This document shows, piece after piece, positions 13,768-28,017 of a stretch of 64,000 nucleotides of DNA. Within the stretch, counting starts at the first letter, position 1; every line of letters begins with the position of its first letter. The DNA lies in contig OZ024743.1 in assembly GCA_964016885.1 (NCBI GenBank), positions 42,470,001 through 42,534,000 of the forward strand. Reading direction: 5' to 3'. Made by a program: the position numbers and the translations under genes. The notes under the pieces are model-generated. The model was not told the DNA's origin and did not search any database. It saw only the letters and a list, made by a program, of their open reading frames with translations. This stretch comes from Eledone cirrhosa. Taxonomy: Eukaryota.

Positions 13768-16602
13768 CATATATATAAATATATATATCCATATGTATAT
13801 ATATATACATATATGTATATACACATATATAGATACATATATGTATATATGTATATATACATATATGTATATACATATATATATATATATATACATGTAT
13901 ATACATATATATACATATATATACATGTATATATATATAACATAGAAAGATACATATAATATTCCAGTTTTCGTATTTTTCGAATTTATAAATGCATGCT
14001 CGATAGGTCACCATGCATGCATACAAAACACAAGGCTTAATTGTCTGAACTAATGCTGAACTCTACTCATTCCTAATTAAATAACTGAAATCTATTTTCT
14101 TAGGAATAGTGGGTTTTCATTTCATTGTTGTACTAATGTCTTGTCATATTAACGAACCCGTCTTCCTATTTAGTATAATCACACTACGTGTGTAATTGTT
14201 ACGTGCTTAGAGGTATTAAGAAAGAAAGTATTGTTCAACCAAAGGTTTAGAGACGGAAATTCTTGGTAAGCCTATCCCGGAATTCAAAGATCCAACCTTG
14301 TTACGTGTGCGTGTCTCACGCAGATTCCGTTTAATAATTTCATTAATATTACAGCTGTCTATTTTATCATCAGCTACATACACGCTAATTCAAGTGTTCG
14401 ACATTTTTGATCGTAGAAAACAATGGAGAATCAATCATCAATATAATGGCGTATTCTTCATTATCAGTTAGTTAATCATTAACGCAACACTTTAGTTCAA
14501 TGCTATCAGCAACGAACAAAATTATAAAATTATAGAATTGTTGAGAAAAAATATGTGATGAACTCATATATATTCAGTCCCTGAAATACTGTTAAAACTT
14601 ATGGATTGGCGTGTGTATTTTTTATAGGATTTCGTATAATAGTGATTGATGGGAAGAGTGAGAGATCGGAGGTGATGACGATGGGATAACGTGGAATCAA
14701 AAATGCTTCTGTGCTGCAGTAATTATTCATGATGATATTTATGGTAGATGGATGTGTGGGTGTTAGGCGTGTATAAGGTATAACGTATGAGGAATAAAGG
14801 AAGAAAAACTGAAAAGTTGAAGAATTGGCGAGATGACAGAAATGACACGATGGCGGAATGGCGGAACAAATATAAAGAAATTGAAAATTAAAAAAAAAAA
14901 ATCAGAAAACATTTAGAAAAAAAAAAAAATATATTTTTTTTTAATTGAAATAATTGCCATTTTTTATTTTTAAAAGTATAATAATTGTATATGGGATTAG
15001 AAGAATGAAAGGTTTATGGAGTATAATGTATGGCATATGAGGTATAGTGAAATATATGAAACATTGATTTCGATGCTGGGTTACACAGTTAGTGTAGCTT
15101 AGTGGTTGGAAGTGGTGGCCGACATATATTGACTAGATGGGGTGTAGGTGCTTGGTCATCCGACATTTCAACAATCTGGTTCACATGGCTATGTGGTGGG
15201 TAAGCCGTGGGGTAGTCGGTTATTTGATGTTCTGTCCAGTGAGTAGAAATGTTTGAAGCAACACAAACAGTATTGGTTGTGTGTAAGCAGGAGAACAGTG
15301 TTTCCTCCGAGAGTTCAAGATGTTCTTTGACGAGGCTATGATATTTAGTTTTTCGCCTTTGCCACAATACTCCATTCATGGTAGGTTTTGTCACTATATT
15401 GCCAACTAAATTTTGACAGATATGTTTAATTCTGCAATCGCCTCTCATTGAATGTATACAGGTGTTGAGAAAAGCGTGATTTAAATGTATTTTCAGTATT
15501 TTCAGTTTGATGTAGATTTTCACCTGTACATCTGCTTTGTATACGAGATTCTCGGTGCGGTATTTGTTCTCCAGTGGGTATCGACTTTAGTCTCTACAAT
15601 TACATTTCCAGGATGCCTGATACAAGTAGTTAGTTTTTGTGGTGTGCTTGCTCAAGGTTTGTGATCTTTTATATATATGTGTGTGTGTGTATGTGTGTGA
15701 GTGTGCATGCGTTCGCGCGCGTGTGTGTGCGTGCGCGTGTGTGTGAATGTGCGTGCATGTGTGCGTGTGTGCGTGTGTGGGCGTGCGTGTCTGCGTGCGT
15801 GCGTGTGTGTGTCTGTATCTTGGTATTGTGTAATGACGTCAGTAGGTTGAAATAATTGTTCGTGCACATTTACAAAATATTTTATCAGAAATGTTGGTAC
15901 CACAATCTGAGTATATTGTAATAGCTGTACTGTATTGTATTGTACGCTTATTTTAGTAGCCTCAGTTTATTTACATTTAATTGCGGGAAATTACTCTCCT
16001 TGAACATATCTTGCTTTGGTTGAAGCTAACATTAAATCAAAGAGGCGTAAACGTCGATATATTTCTCCGTTTCACACAAACATATGTATGTAATCACATC
16101 TCTACAGAAATTGTAAAAGTGAAAAACCTATATAGTTCAACATCACACAGAAGGAATTCACTCAAAGCTGAGAGATTAACGTGCAAGATATCCATTCTTT
16201 TTCATATGTTTCTACTAAACAGACACTATGCTAATGGTGAGAAATATTTCAAATAAAATAGTGACAATAGACTTAATCTGTCACTTGTTCAAAGTTGAGG
16301 CTAGTCTGTTGCAAGTCTTTCAGCAAAATGTTCAGATTACAGATAAATTCCTCCCTCAATATGTCACGGTGGATCTGGACAAGACATGGAATTTCCTCTT
16401 TACTTTTTTTAATATATGACTGTTCAATACAAGTATAACATATTCTACTAATGAGATACAATAATACCAAAATGTACAGTCATATTGCCTGATTTGAATG
16501 TTAGGAAGATCGTATATTCTTCCTAACATGAATGTTTAATTTTTCGTGAACATATTTTTTTACTTTCCGCATATTTAAAAAACAATGTATCAATAATGGT
16601 TA

Positions 16603-16813
16603 CTTATATAGGCACAAAGCAAGCAATTTTGGGGGAGGGGAAAGTCGATTAAATCGACCCCAGTGCGTGACTGGTACTTTATTTTATCGACCCCGTAAGG
16701 TTGAAAGGCAAAGTTAACTCCGGCGGAATTTGAACTCAGATCCTAAAGGCCCGTAACTCTATGCTGCAAAGCATGGTGTCCAACTCTCTACCTATACTGC
16801 CAACCCACCGCCT
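16603..16813 (-). mobile_element. tRNA-derived Meta-domain SINE
   Basis: Same family motifs; ~18-bp TSD CAATGTA(T/G)CAATAATGGT on both sides. Confidence 0.85.
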
Positions 16814-16939
16814 TCTCAATGTAGCAATAATGGTGCTATTTTGTTTTGTAAGTCAATGAATATTGCTTTACCTGATGTCGTTTTCATCTGGCGCCATGGG
16901 TAATATTCATGCACTATCAATTGTCATGCAGTATCAATT

Positions 16940-18423
16940 GAGTTCAACAATGAATATTGGACCAGAGCTGATACCTCTAACAACTTCGACATCACAATGG
17001 GAGCATCCGATTCATCCCAATTGTCAGATTTAATTGGTATCTTTATTTTGAACTCTTTGAGTCGGAAAATTCCTCAACTTCGCGGTGGAATTTATCGTGA
17101 CGATGGACTCTTTACTATCTTAAATTGCAACATAGTTAACCTTAATATTATTAAGAACAATATACGTAATCTCTTTAACCAACATAACCTAAAAATTGAA
17201 TTTGATAACAGCATCAAACTAGCTAATTTCTTGGATGTATCTCTTAATCTTGACACTGGCCTATATTACCCTTACCATAAAAACAATGAGAACCTAAATT
17301 ATGTTAATTTTAAATCTAACCACCCTATTAATATTAAGAATGCTATAGTTAGTAATATTGGAAAAAGAATATCTAACCTATCTTCTAATAAAAACATCTT
17401 TGATGCTAACGCCAATTACTATAATAACGCGCTTTCTAAAGCCGGCTATCCTGAAAAATCAAATATAATAAAGAAACAAATTCTAGAAGATCTTACAGTA
17501 GAATAATTAATCATGATCATTCCAATAACTTTAATAAAAGACCTAAATACAAAAACATAATCTGGTATAATGCTCCTTTCTCCATCTCTATTAATAATAA
17601 TATTCCCAAATTATTCTTTAGTGCCTTAATTAAATGCTTCCCTCCCTCACATATCTATAGTAAAATATTTAACAAACACACTATAACATTTTCCTATTCG
17701 ACATCCTCCAACATTTCCAACATTATCTCTAAACACAACAATAAAATAATAAATACTAAATCTCTTCCTTCCAACACTGAATATCATAATAATAGTAATA
17801 GTACTCCCGACGTCATTGTAAACTCTAGGCTAATTTCTTCAAACCCAAATACAACATCAAACACAACTTCGCTAAATGTTCTTAATCCCATTCTAAATCA
17901 AGAAACTATTATTCCTATCGCAAATAACTTCTCCAATCCAATTCCTTCTATAGATAACACTAGGTCACTCGTTAATAATCTCTCTAATCGCAATTGCAAT
18001 TCCCCTGCTAAAAATAAATGTCCTCTCAACAACCATTATCTTGATAAAAACTTAATCTATGAATGTAAAGTTATAACTGACACCAATTCCTTCACCTTTT
18101 TGGCTCCACTTCCACCTCCTTTAAAGCTCGTCTTTATAATCATCATTCGTCTTTTAAATACCAACTTAAAAGAACCAACACGGCTCTCTCAGAACTCATA
18201 TGGTCCTTGAAAGACAAAAATATTAAATATAACATCTCTTGGAAAAAGGTTTCTTCTGCTGCTCCATACTTGAACAGTTCTCTATCCAAGACTTGCAATC
18301 TCTTGTCTAAATGAAAAATTTACCATTATATCTAATTTAGATTCTATAATAAATAGACGCACTGACTTGTTTTCTCTCTGCTTGCATAAATTCCACAGAA
18401 CATTCCATAAATTATACAGCTAA
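16940..18423 (+). pseudogene. 5'-truncated Penelope-like element ORF (RT + C-terminal GIY-YIG), Nematis-like
   Basis: FDITMGASDSSQLSDLIG, GIYRDDGL, FLDVSLNL, SNHP, IIWYNAPFS, CN...CPLN..LIYEC, FKARLYNH..SF, LSELIWSLKD, CNL/CLNEK; at least three frameshifts. Clade assignment is by motif recall. Confidence 0.85.
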
Positions 18424-18871
18424 TATCCTAAACTTTATCAATTCAGAATCCTTTTCTCAAAGGCACATATATATATATATATACTTCTTTAAAAATATAC
18501 CCATCTTTCTACCTTATTTAAAAGTTATTTATTATACATTATATAATACTTGTTACTCATTCTATATCATTCCTATTTATCACTTCCATTTCTTACTTTT
18601 CCTTTTCTTTTCTTTTTCTTTTAATTTCTAACCCCTAATCTGTACCTTTTCTCACTATGCCTAACATAGAAACAATTATTACACAATACAATATATTCTT
18701 ACTTCATATCACCTTGAAAAAATCCTTCGTAAACATAAACATTTTTTTGACGTTAGATTATTCATCCTCAATTCATTATTTTTTTCTCACTTTCATGTTT
18801 CATCCTATCTTCTACTTTTTTCACAATATATCCTTACTTACATTACTATTACTATTTTTAATAATACATAT

Positions 18872-19030
18872 CAACATTTTCTTTCCATCGCACATATTAT
18901 TAAACCCTTAAATATTATTCTTAATACATATTAACATTTTCTTTCCATCGCACATATTATTAAACCCTTAAATATTATTCTTAATACATATTAACAATTT
19001 CTTTTCATCGCACATATTATTAAACCCTTC
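18872..19030. repeat. ~60-bp tandem repeat (about 2.6 copies) in the PLE 3' region
   Basis: TTTCCATCGCACATATTATTAAACCCTT repeated at ~60-bp spacing. Confidence 0.85.
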
Positions 19031-19386
19031 AATATACAAACCTTAACTTTACATTATTTTTCTCTTCGTTAATTTTCAAATTCTTTTAATTTATACATTA
19101 TCTTCCGACGGTTTTTCAACCTCTCTATGTAAAACAATATATTTTTCTCAGTTATAAAAGCTATCTCTCTCTCTCTCTATCACCCATCTCTCCTATCTCA
19201 TCCTTCCTCATTATACTCCTCCCCCTCCAATGTTTACTCTCATCTCCTCCTCTTTTTCATCCTTTCCACCACCCCCCTCAAATTTTTTTTTCCACAATAT
19301 CACACATCAATCTAAAACAACTTTTCATATGTTGATCTAAAACTGCACTATCCACAAGTGTTTTTAACCTTCATATCATATCTTCC

Positions 19387-19457
19387 TATTTTATCTGATG
19401 AAAACACAAATGTTATTACATGATGATATTTGTTTTTGAAATGCGCATAAGAAAATA
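19387..19457 (+). ncRNA. Type I hammerhead ribozyme in PLE 3' end
   Basis: Stem I TATTTTAT/AGAAAATA, CTGATGA, 16-position stem II AAACACAAATGTTATT/GATGATATTTGTTTTT (one mismatch), GAAAT-GCGC-ATA. Confidence 0.85.
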
Positions 19458-19602
19458 CATGGAACTCTTTTAACCATCTTTTGATCTTATATATTATGTA
19501 TACTCCAGTCCTACAAACTGTAGAGTGCTTCTTATCCGATATCTGCATTGCTTTATTGTACTACAATAAAACTTACCTCCTACATATATATATATATATA
19601 TA

Positions 19603-20060
19603 TATTGTTATACTTGGGGAGGGTCATATTTGTGTAATATTGCCAGAATCAATAACAGAACACAATCACTGTTTGGTTGGTTTTCGCTTTTCGCTTCTGT
19701 GTCTTTTATATCGGTAATCTAATGTATTCGGTCCTCAATGTTGCCATTGACTGACCAACGGTCAAAAATAATACAGATACAATATAGACACAAACACATA
19801 TATATAGTTTATCAAAGTTCTTTCGTTGCACATCTGCAGATGTGCAACGAAAGAACTTTGATAAACTATATATATGTGTTTGTGTCTATATTGTATCTGT
19901 ATTATTTTTGACCGTTGGTTAGTCAATGGCCACATTGAGGACCGAATACATTAGATTACCGATATAAAAGACACAGAAGCGAAAAGCGAAAACCAACCAA
20001 ACAGTGAGTGTGTTCTGTTATTAATTCTGGCAATATTACACAAATATGACCCTCACCAAG

Positions 20061-20066
<6 letters not shown>
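19603..20066. mobile_element. Palindromic derivative of the Naiad-like terminal repeat, in (TA)n
   Basis: ~230-bp near-perfect arms centred on CTGCAG (19834-19839); arms match 31756-31990 and 33260-33498. Confidence 0.9.
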
Positions 20067-20101
<35 letters not shown>

Positions 20102-21601
20102 CGAAGGGATTGTGGTAAGGAACCAGATAGACCATAACGCAACAAAATACTGAATACTTAGGCTAGTAGAATAGGTAATAGGAACAAGTATGGCCCCGAC
20201 GGCAGAGCTCAAGCCGTATATATTATATATATATATACCAGTAGGATGTAGGCGGGTGCAACTATATATATATATATATATATATTCGATCGTTCTCTGC
20301 TTTCAGCTACTCAATTGTACATAGTGGTGCGTCGAAGAGCGGTTTATTACTTTTTACTAATTATACTAATTATACTAAGCCATCCTTCAAATACCTCTTC
20401 TTCATAGCAATGGTGATCAAACAGATTTACTTTATTTATTTTTATGGGTTTTTTTTGGGGTGGGGGGTGGGGTGGGGTGGGGTGGGGGGGTTTCTCATTT
20501 TTGCTAGTTAATTCACGTACTCTCCTTTACCACCCTACACTGATCAACTTTAAATCTTCTCATTCCAGAAGAGCACTTTACATGTTAAAGCTTGACATCT
20601 ATTCAATGCTTTCGAATTACGAATTGATTTTGTCTCGAATAATTGCTTCCCCCACCCCCATCTCTTTTCAATTCCTATCTTCGCCCCTCTTACAATCACT
20701 GATATATTCTAACACTCCTAAATAACAATATCATTTTCATTATTACTGTCGTCATTAACATGTACGCCTGCAACACCTCCACCATTATCGTCGTCTGCAC
20801 GGTCATTTCATCTTCAATAAGCTTGTCAATATCATCAAGAGAATTTCCTTCTTTCATTTCTCACGAAATATAACATTTAAACACACAATAATTTCATAGC
20901 TAATTATTCAATCTTCTTTTTATAAGGAATCAATTCTAGCGCGGTGCAACATTTCCTTCCATTATTAGATTATCAGTATATAGATTATAGAAAAAAAGCT
21001 TATTTCAGAGTCTATTCATATATACTTGGCAGTAATAGTCATTTTATGTAATAGAGCTAGCAGATGCATTTTTAGTTTAGAAGTTTATTTTGACTGTTAC
21101 ACGTGACATACCATACGTCCATCTAGGTGCTCTGTGTTCCTGATATAGTTGCAGAAGTATCATAGTGATATGTGGGCCTTTTCAAACATGACGAGGCCCC
21201 TCTCGGTAAAGGCTTTAACGCAGCGTTCTTCCGGAGAAAGTGAAAACTAATAAGCTCGTGTGTGAATGGAGGTACGAAATAGATATAAATGATGGTGTTT
21301 TATTTATTGACCGTGAAATGTGAAATAACCAAATGGATCACAGTGTTAACAGGCTGAAAAAGCAATGCGTATTATTCTATCCAATGCTCTAACAATCATG
21401 CTAGATCACCACCTGACAGTTTGATTCCAAAATATAGTATTACTTAATCATTGCCAGTCTCTAAGTTCTATTACAGTTGATAAAGTCACACTCTGTTATG
21501 GTCCTTTCTCGTGGACTACACACTTATGCATGATGTTCGTGGATAGCGTTGGTTTGTCTTTGATGAATTTACATTAACGTGAAGGTATATATGGTCTTAC
21601 T

Positions 21602-21632
<31 letters not shown>

Positions 21633-21810
21633 TGGTAAACGGAATAGAAAATGCTGACAAATTGTTCACAGTTGAAAAATGGTTTAATTAGGAATAAAAT
21701 AGTATTAGTGATTGTATGGGTTAGTACTCAGTTGTGGTTTTAAGTTTTTAAGTTTTTACCGGTTGCGCATTTCTAAATGCTTTTCAAAAATAATTTTGAG
21801 ATATCAACTT

Positions 21811-23635
21811 AGCGCTCTCCACTTTGGAAAACGAAACATACTACGAAAAGGCTGAACACTACAATCAACAGAAAATTATGAGAAACCTAAAAACTCTAAT
21901 CAACCAATACAACTGAAGGACTCACTAACAAGGAATTCAGCTTCATCACAGACTTCACAAGTAAATCCAGCCTCTTCTACGGTATCCCTAAAGTATATAA
22001 AAGCGAATCAATACGTAAGGCATGCAAGGAAGCCACAGACATAGTCATCAATGTCCCCTCACCCAATGATCTCAAATTAAGACCTATAATAGCAGGCCCC
22101 GCTTGCAAAACGCACCGTCTTAGCATCTTCATTGATACCCTTCTCAAACCCTTCTTCAAACACATCAAAAGCTATATAAGGGACGACCTAGATATGCTCA
22201 ATCACCTCCCTAATATGCCACTTTCTGAACAAACCCTACTAGTGATGTTCGATGTAGTCAACCTATACGCCAACATCCCCCACAACCTAGAAATAGAAGC
22301 TATCCAATTCTGGCTGGATAATTTCCACAATGAACTCCCACAACGCATCAAAAAAGAATTCGTGATAGAGGGACTCAAATTTATCTTGGAGAACAATTAC
22401 TTCGTTTTCAATAACAAACCCTACAGGCAGAAATCTGGGACCGCTATGGGAACGAAAACAGCCCCCACTTATGCCAACCTAGTCATGGGATACCTGGAAA
22501 TCACCCTCTACACTAAAGTCCTAAACAAATTTGGAAACACCCTCCACTTACACATTGAAAGGAACTGGAAGAGATATCTAGATGACTGCTTCATCCTTTG
22601 GCACGAAAACATCGAAAAACTTAAAGAATTTCACACCCTTATAAATGGGCTCAACACGAATATTAACTTCACGATGGAATACAGCCATCAACAACTCCCC
22701 TTCCTCGACATCCTCATTAAGATCCATAACAAAAAAATAGAAACAGACATATACTACAAGCCCACATACTCCAAGCAATATCTCCCCTTCAACTCTTGCC
22801 ACCCTAGACACGTTAAAATTAATATTCCCTACAACTTAGCCAAGAGAATCTGTACTATAGTCTCCAATAAAAACATCTGCTACTTACGGCTACAAGAACT
22901 AAAGGACACACTCATAGGCAGGGACTACCCTGCATCACTAATTGACAATGGAATCCAACGTGCCCTAAAACTCAGTACCCAGGACCTTAGACACCCTAAA
23001 GTAAATCAACCGAAACTAAAAGCTCTTCCATAAATCTCCACACACAACCCTCTCAACAATGAGGCCTTTGACACCATCCTCCAGAACATCCATGTGTTGA
23101 AAAAGGACCATAGAATGAACCAAATTCTACGAACACACGATATCATAAAGAGCAAAAGACAATACAAGTCAATGAAAAACATCCCAACACATGCCAAAGT
23201 ACTGCCAACCACAACAACGAAACCCACAGTAAAAAAATGCGATAGACCCAACTGTGGCATTTGCATCAACCTAATAGAGGGTTCGGAATTCTATTTCAAA
23301 GATGGACAACGTTTTATAGTAAAACACAATTTCACATGTGCATCGGAAAATCTAATATATGTATTAACTTGCTCAAGTTGTCGAGAACAATACATAGGGC
23401 AGACCAAAAACAGCCTCCACCAACGCATGACTGTCCATAGATCCCAAATTAAAATACGGGAATACAGGAAAATACCACTGAGTGAACACATTGATACCTG
23501 TGCCGCCCCAAATCATCCCAACTTCAGAATCTTTCCCCTCTACAAATTTAAAGATAAATCACCCACACCCAGCGCATCAGCAAGGTATCTTACTTCATTA
23601 ACAAATACGGACTCCGTCTAAACACTTCTCCCTAA
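21811..23635 (+). pseudogene. PLE reverse transcriptase + GIY-YIG endonuclease (disrupted)
   Basis: FYGIPKVYK, LRPIIAG, FDVVNLYANIP, GTAMGT..APTYANL, RYLDD, LPFLD, SCHP; linker CDRPNCGIC; NLIYVLTC..C..QYIGQT..R...H; stop at 23031 and frameshifts. Confidence 0.93.
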
Positions 23636-23764
23636 GACGAACCCACAACATACACACGTTAACATACATACCTACATCAGCACACATCTCCACCCACATA
23701 TAAACACAATGACATACGTAAACACACATGCTCTAGGGCGCAACACAAAAAATATATGTGTATA

Positions 23765-23820
<56 letters not shown>

Positions 23821-23968
23821 ATATATGTATGTGTATATATGTGTAGTGAATATCATTTCACACCTTTTATTGTTAAGATTTTTGATGTTCTATTAAGAGA
23901 ACCGATTTTACTGAAAAAATCGAATAATGTACACCATTTTACCAGGGGGAAAAAAATACTGGTCCACC

Positions 23969-24002
<34 letters not shown>

Positions 24003-24169
24003 TAGACACGCGTACATTAACATACAAAGAGACTTATACACACACACACACACACGCACTTCTCCGTATAAGACAAAAGCTGAAAAATATCTTTTGACAT
24101 GCTAAAATACCCCCCATTGCTTTCAGACACATTCTTACTGACCATCCCTGCTACCACGAATTACTCTGC

Positions 24170-24214
<45 letters not shown>

Positions 24215-24334
24215 ACACACACACAATTATGTTAATAGCCATTTGACACACATCCCTGCTAACCATTATCACAACATCGAACACCTTTCTACTACTACAC
24301 ACACACACATATTTGTTGTGAAAGAGTCATTTCT

Positions 24335-24580
24335 CAATCTTGGCGCAAAACCAATTTTTTATTCATATGACCTCTACCGACCAATCAAAATTGCTTTGAC
24401 CACAAGAATTTTTGCAAACACCAAATAGCGTTGGAGCCACTTTTTTAACATAAAAACAGTCTTGGCGCAAAATCAATTATTTACATTCACATGACCTCTA
24501 CCGACCAATCAAAATTGTTTTGACCACAAGAATTTTTGCAACACCAAAGTAACGCTGGAGCCACCTTTTTAACATAAAAA
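24335..24580. repeat. ~122-bp tandem duplication in the PLE 3' region
   Basis: TCTTGGCGCAAAA...TGACCTCTACCGACCAATCAAAATTG...GGAGCCAC occurs twice. Confidence 0.85.
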
Positions 24581-24847
24581 TAGGTAGAATTCCCAAAACT
24601 AATCAGATCAGTGCAAACAACACGGACACTCTATCTCAAAATTATTTTTGAAAAGCATTTAGAAATGCGCAAGCGGTAAAAAGTTAAAAACTTAAAACCA
24701 CAATTGAATACTAACCCATACAATCACTAATACTCTTTTATTCCTAATTAAACCATTTTTCAACTGTGAACAATTTATCAGCATTTTCTATTCCGTTTAC
24801 CAATATATAATAACTTGTGTGTTACACCTCTATTCTATTAACTATAT

Positions 24848-24972
<125 letters not shown>

Positions 24973-25175
24973 TATGAATAAAGTTAGTCCTTCATCAGTG
25001 ATCTTCCAACGATCATTGGTATTTCATCGCTTTAAAGACCATATAACTCCGGTTGGTGCGAACAACGGCTAAAAAAAGTCGTTGTGACACGTAAATAAAG
25101 GGGACAAGAGTGTAAACAACAAAAATGGTGAGGAAGAAGAAGTCAAGTCCCAAATTTCTATGAATACGGAAAAAG

Positions 25176-25258
25176 ACTTTCCTGCTGACGGAATGATTTT
25201 CTATAAGTTTCTTCGGAAAATATATTTACTCCATTCCAGAAACTAATTAGTTGGAAGT
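25176..25258 (+). ncRNA. Hammerhead ribozyme, mutated core (CTGCTGA)
   Basis: Copy of 25701-25783 with an A6C change. Confidence 0.65.
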
Positions 25259-25700
25259 GATTTTTTAGTAAGTAAGTTAATTTTATAATTTTCTTATTTT
25301 ACGTCTCTCATATTATTGTTCTGCAATCCCATTCATTGAACCACCTTGTTAATAAGACAAAACCTATATATTTGCTAGCATTGATGTGCATCTGTGTGTA
25401 TATAAATGTTACTAGATATAAATTCCTTATAATTATCTCCAATTCATTTGTCGAGCAATATTTGGCCATGACTGCTACTATGGTAGTAAGCTGGCCGCTG
25501 TCTTAATAACCACTCGCTTTCCACTGATTGACCTCGATGTCACGTGATTGATTCTTTTTGAATTTGCCACGGACGTATAGGCAGTGATTTTCTCAATGGC
25601 TTGGAATCCAGTCCACGCATCGCTATTTCCATTCCACTGAATTATTTTTTTAATAAGTTTCCAGTGTCCTCGCTATGCCTGGAGACCTATACGGAAAAAG

Positions 25701-25783
25701 ACTTTCCTGATGACGGAATGATTTTCCTTAAGTTTCTTCGGAAAATATATTTACTCCATTCCAGAAACTAATTAGTTGGAAGT
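25701..25783 (+). ncRNA. Type I hammerhead ribozyme
   Basis: Stem I ACTTTC/GGAAGT, CTGATGA, C-GGAATG...CATTCC-A stem II, GAAAC-TAATTA-GTT. Confidence 0.85.
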
Positions 25784-25940
25784 GATTTTTTAGTAAGTAA
25801 GTTAATTTTATAATTTTCTTATTTTACGTCTCTCATATTATTGTTCTGCAACCCCATGCATTGAACCACATATTTGAACCTATATATTTGCTAGCATTGA
25901 TGTGCATCTGTGTGTTTATAAATGTTACTAGATATAAATT

Positions 25941-25975
<35 letters not shown>

Positions 25976-26163
25976 CACCCGTTTTACGTGTGTTCTGTTG
26001 AGGCAAATAACTATCTGTATACTCTGGTAATGTATCTTATATTGCCCATTGAGTGCGCTGAGATGCAACCGGTACTGGCATTAATAAATATGCTGGGTCC
26101 GCCAACCCTTATTATATATATATACATGCCACTAAGACCATAAATACTGGCCTTACGTGTGTG

Positions 26164-26253
<90 letters not shown>

Positions 26254-26415
26254 TGCAACTAAGACCATAAATACTTCCTCATTGTTCTACAGACAAGTTC
26301 AACCACCCCCCTACCCACCGCCATGAAAGATTTAACTGTGTTTACAAGAAATTTTGACCAATCATTTTGACAACTACAACCTTCAGAAATGCATGATTAT
26401 CGCATGCCCATATAT

Positions 26416-26610
26416 GGAATTACCTGTTGAAAGTTTCAGCTATTTATTACCACGCTAAAAATCTAAATTAGTCCAGAAATAGCCGTCGAAACGGCTTGAA
26501 CTCTGCCGTCGGTTCCTGAACCTTTTCCTATTACCCATACTACTACCCAAAGTATCGAGTACTCTGGTGCGTTATGGCCCACCTGGTTCCTTACCACACA
26601 TCATTCGTTA
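26416..26610 (+). mobile_element. 3' terminal piece of a (TA)n-inserting family with an HHR-like 3' half
   Basis: GAAACGGC-loop-GCCGTC-GGTTCC followed by ...GGTTCCTTACCACA..TTCGTTA(TA)n; related copies at ~12988-13075, 20098-20217, 45678-45791, 46304-46510 and 59760-59893. Confidence 0.65.
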
Positions 26611-27929
26611 TCTATCTATCTATATATATATATATATATATATTAGAATATATCTATTTATTAAAATAAAAGATTAATGTTTAAGCAAAGAGTCGCTGCT
26701 TTCATCCTTAACCGGATCTTTTGCAACAATATATTTGATATATTTTATCCTTATCGAGCCCTCTTTGGATTTTAGTCTTCACATTTATTATTATTACTAT
26801 ATATATATATGGTTTAAGTGGATGCTATGAAACATAACAATTTAATAGGAAATATGAACCTAGTATCTGTTAGACACGAAGTGACTAACAAAAAAATGTT
26901 TTAGTCACTAAAACATTTATGTTCCAACATATATGTGTAGATCGTCAATTTTTTTTCAAAGTCTGGCCGTGGTCGTGGTGATTACATGCCACTGGCTAAT
27001 GTTCAACCAATCAGAGTAAATTTTGCTCAAAAGCATCCGCCATGTTTTTTGTTTGTTTTCTTAGTTCATTTATTTTTGTTAATAAACTCCAAAAAGTCAT
27101 CAAATTATATGCAATAAGAACAAATCTCATTAATTTGCTCAGGGAATAAAGAAAATGTATATAGACTGATAATTGCAATTGTATGTAATTTTTTTTTTAT
27201 ATTGTTTATTTATTTTATGTTTTCTATTATGTATAATATATTGATTTAATATTGATTGTTTTTTTGTTGTTGTTTATATTAAAAGTCTGAAAATATTTTT
27301 ATACATCTTACACCAATATTTATGAGATCATTTATAATAACAATTATATAATCTAATTACATTACAACGATAATTCATTATTAATATATATCATGTTTAA
27401 CTAGAGTTATTACAAGCGTTGCCTTAAAAAGATATTAAACTAAACATGAAAAACGCGCAAGCTCAAAAGAGCCACAGAATGTTATAATAAACCTTCAAAA
27501 GTGTGGGACTAGAGTTGTTACTCAAAAATATTGTAATCATTATCTATCGTACATTCTGTGGCATCCTTTATAAAAATATCACAATAAATACATCTATGTT
27601 TAATGTAATAAAAGCTATAAATAATTCCGTAATATTATTGTCATATATTCATAGTCTCTTTTTTTATAGAATCTGTGGCATCCTTTTATAAAAAAGAGAC
27701 TCATAAGGAACTCAAGACGACACGATAATTAATTAAGTGTATTTATAATATAGAATTCGGTTTAAGTGCATTTCGTATTAATCATTACTAAACATCTAAT
27801 ATGAGATATTGGACATTAGCTTAAACCAACCATGCCTTTCTTTTTACACTATTTCACTTAGTTCATTCTTAGAGTGTAACATATAAATATATGATTTACA
27901 ACTATAAAATAAATAAATTAATATAATAA

Positions 27930-28017
27930 CAGTGCTGCGGAACCGAAATTTAGGAAATAATGGAGTATCGGATCCGGAGTTGGAGCCAGTCAATTTTTGG
28001 CCGATTCCGCAGCCCTG
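27930..28017. mobile_element. hAT-type MITE (88 bp)
   Basis: TIRs CAGTGCTGCGGA / TCCGCAGCCCTG; flanks TATAATAA / TATAATAC (7 of 8 match, 8-bp TSD). Confidence 0.7.

Larger units (their letters stand above)
21632..24805 (+). mobile_element. 5'-truncated Neptune-like Penelope-like element with inverted 5' terminal copy
   Basis: RT-GIY-YIG ORF; 21632-21805 is the reverse complement of ~24632-24805; both ends near (TA)n. Confidence 0.9.
25164..25943 (+). mobile_element. Non-coding tandem 525-nt HHR-bearing unit (retrozyme/pLTR-like), about 1.5 copies
   Basis: Direct repeat with period 525, one HHR per unit, ending at (TA)n; homologous to the 40.1-41.5 kb array. Confidence 0.85.

Noticed and set aside
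15089-15523. 144-aa minus-strand ORF
   Set aside because: No recognisable domain; at most a decayed retroelement fragment
24985-25003. CTGATGA on the minus strand
   Set aside because: Runs into (TA)n with no stem II partner or GAAA; at most a truncated HHR half
27392-27470. CATGTTTA/TAAACATG stem followed by AAAACGCGCAAG (inverted copy near 28545-28730)
   Set aside because: No 5' catalytic core; cannot be called a ribozyme
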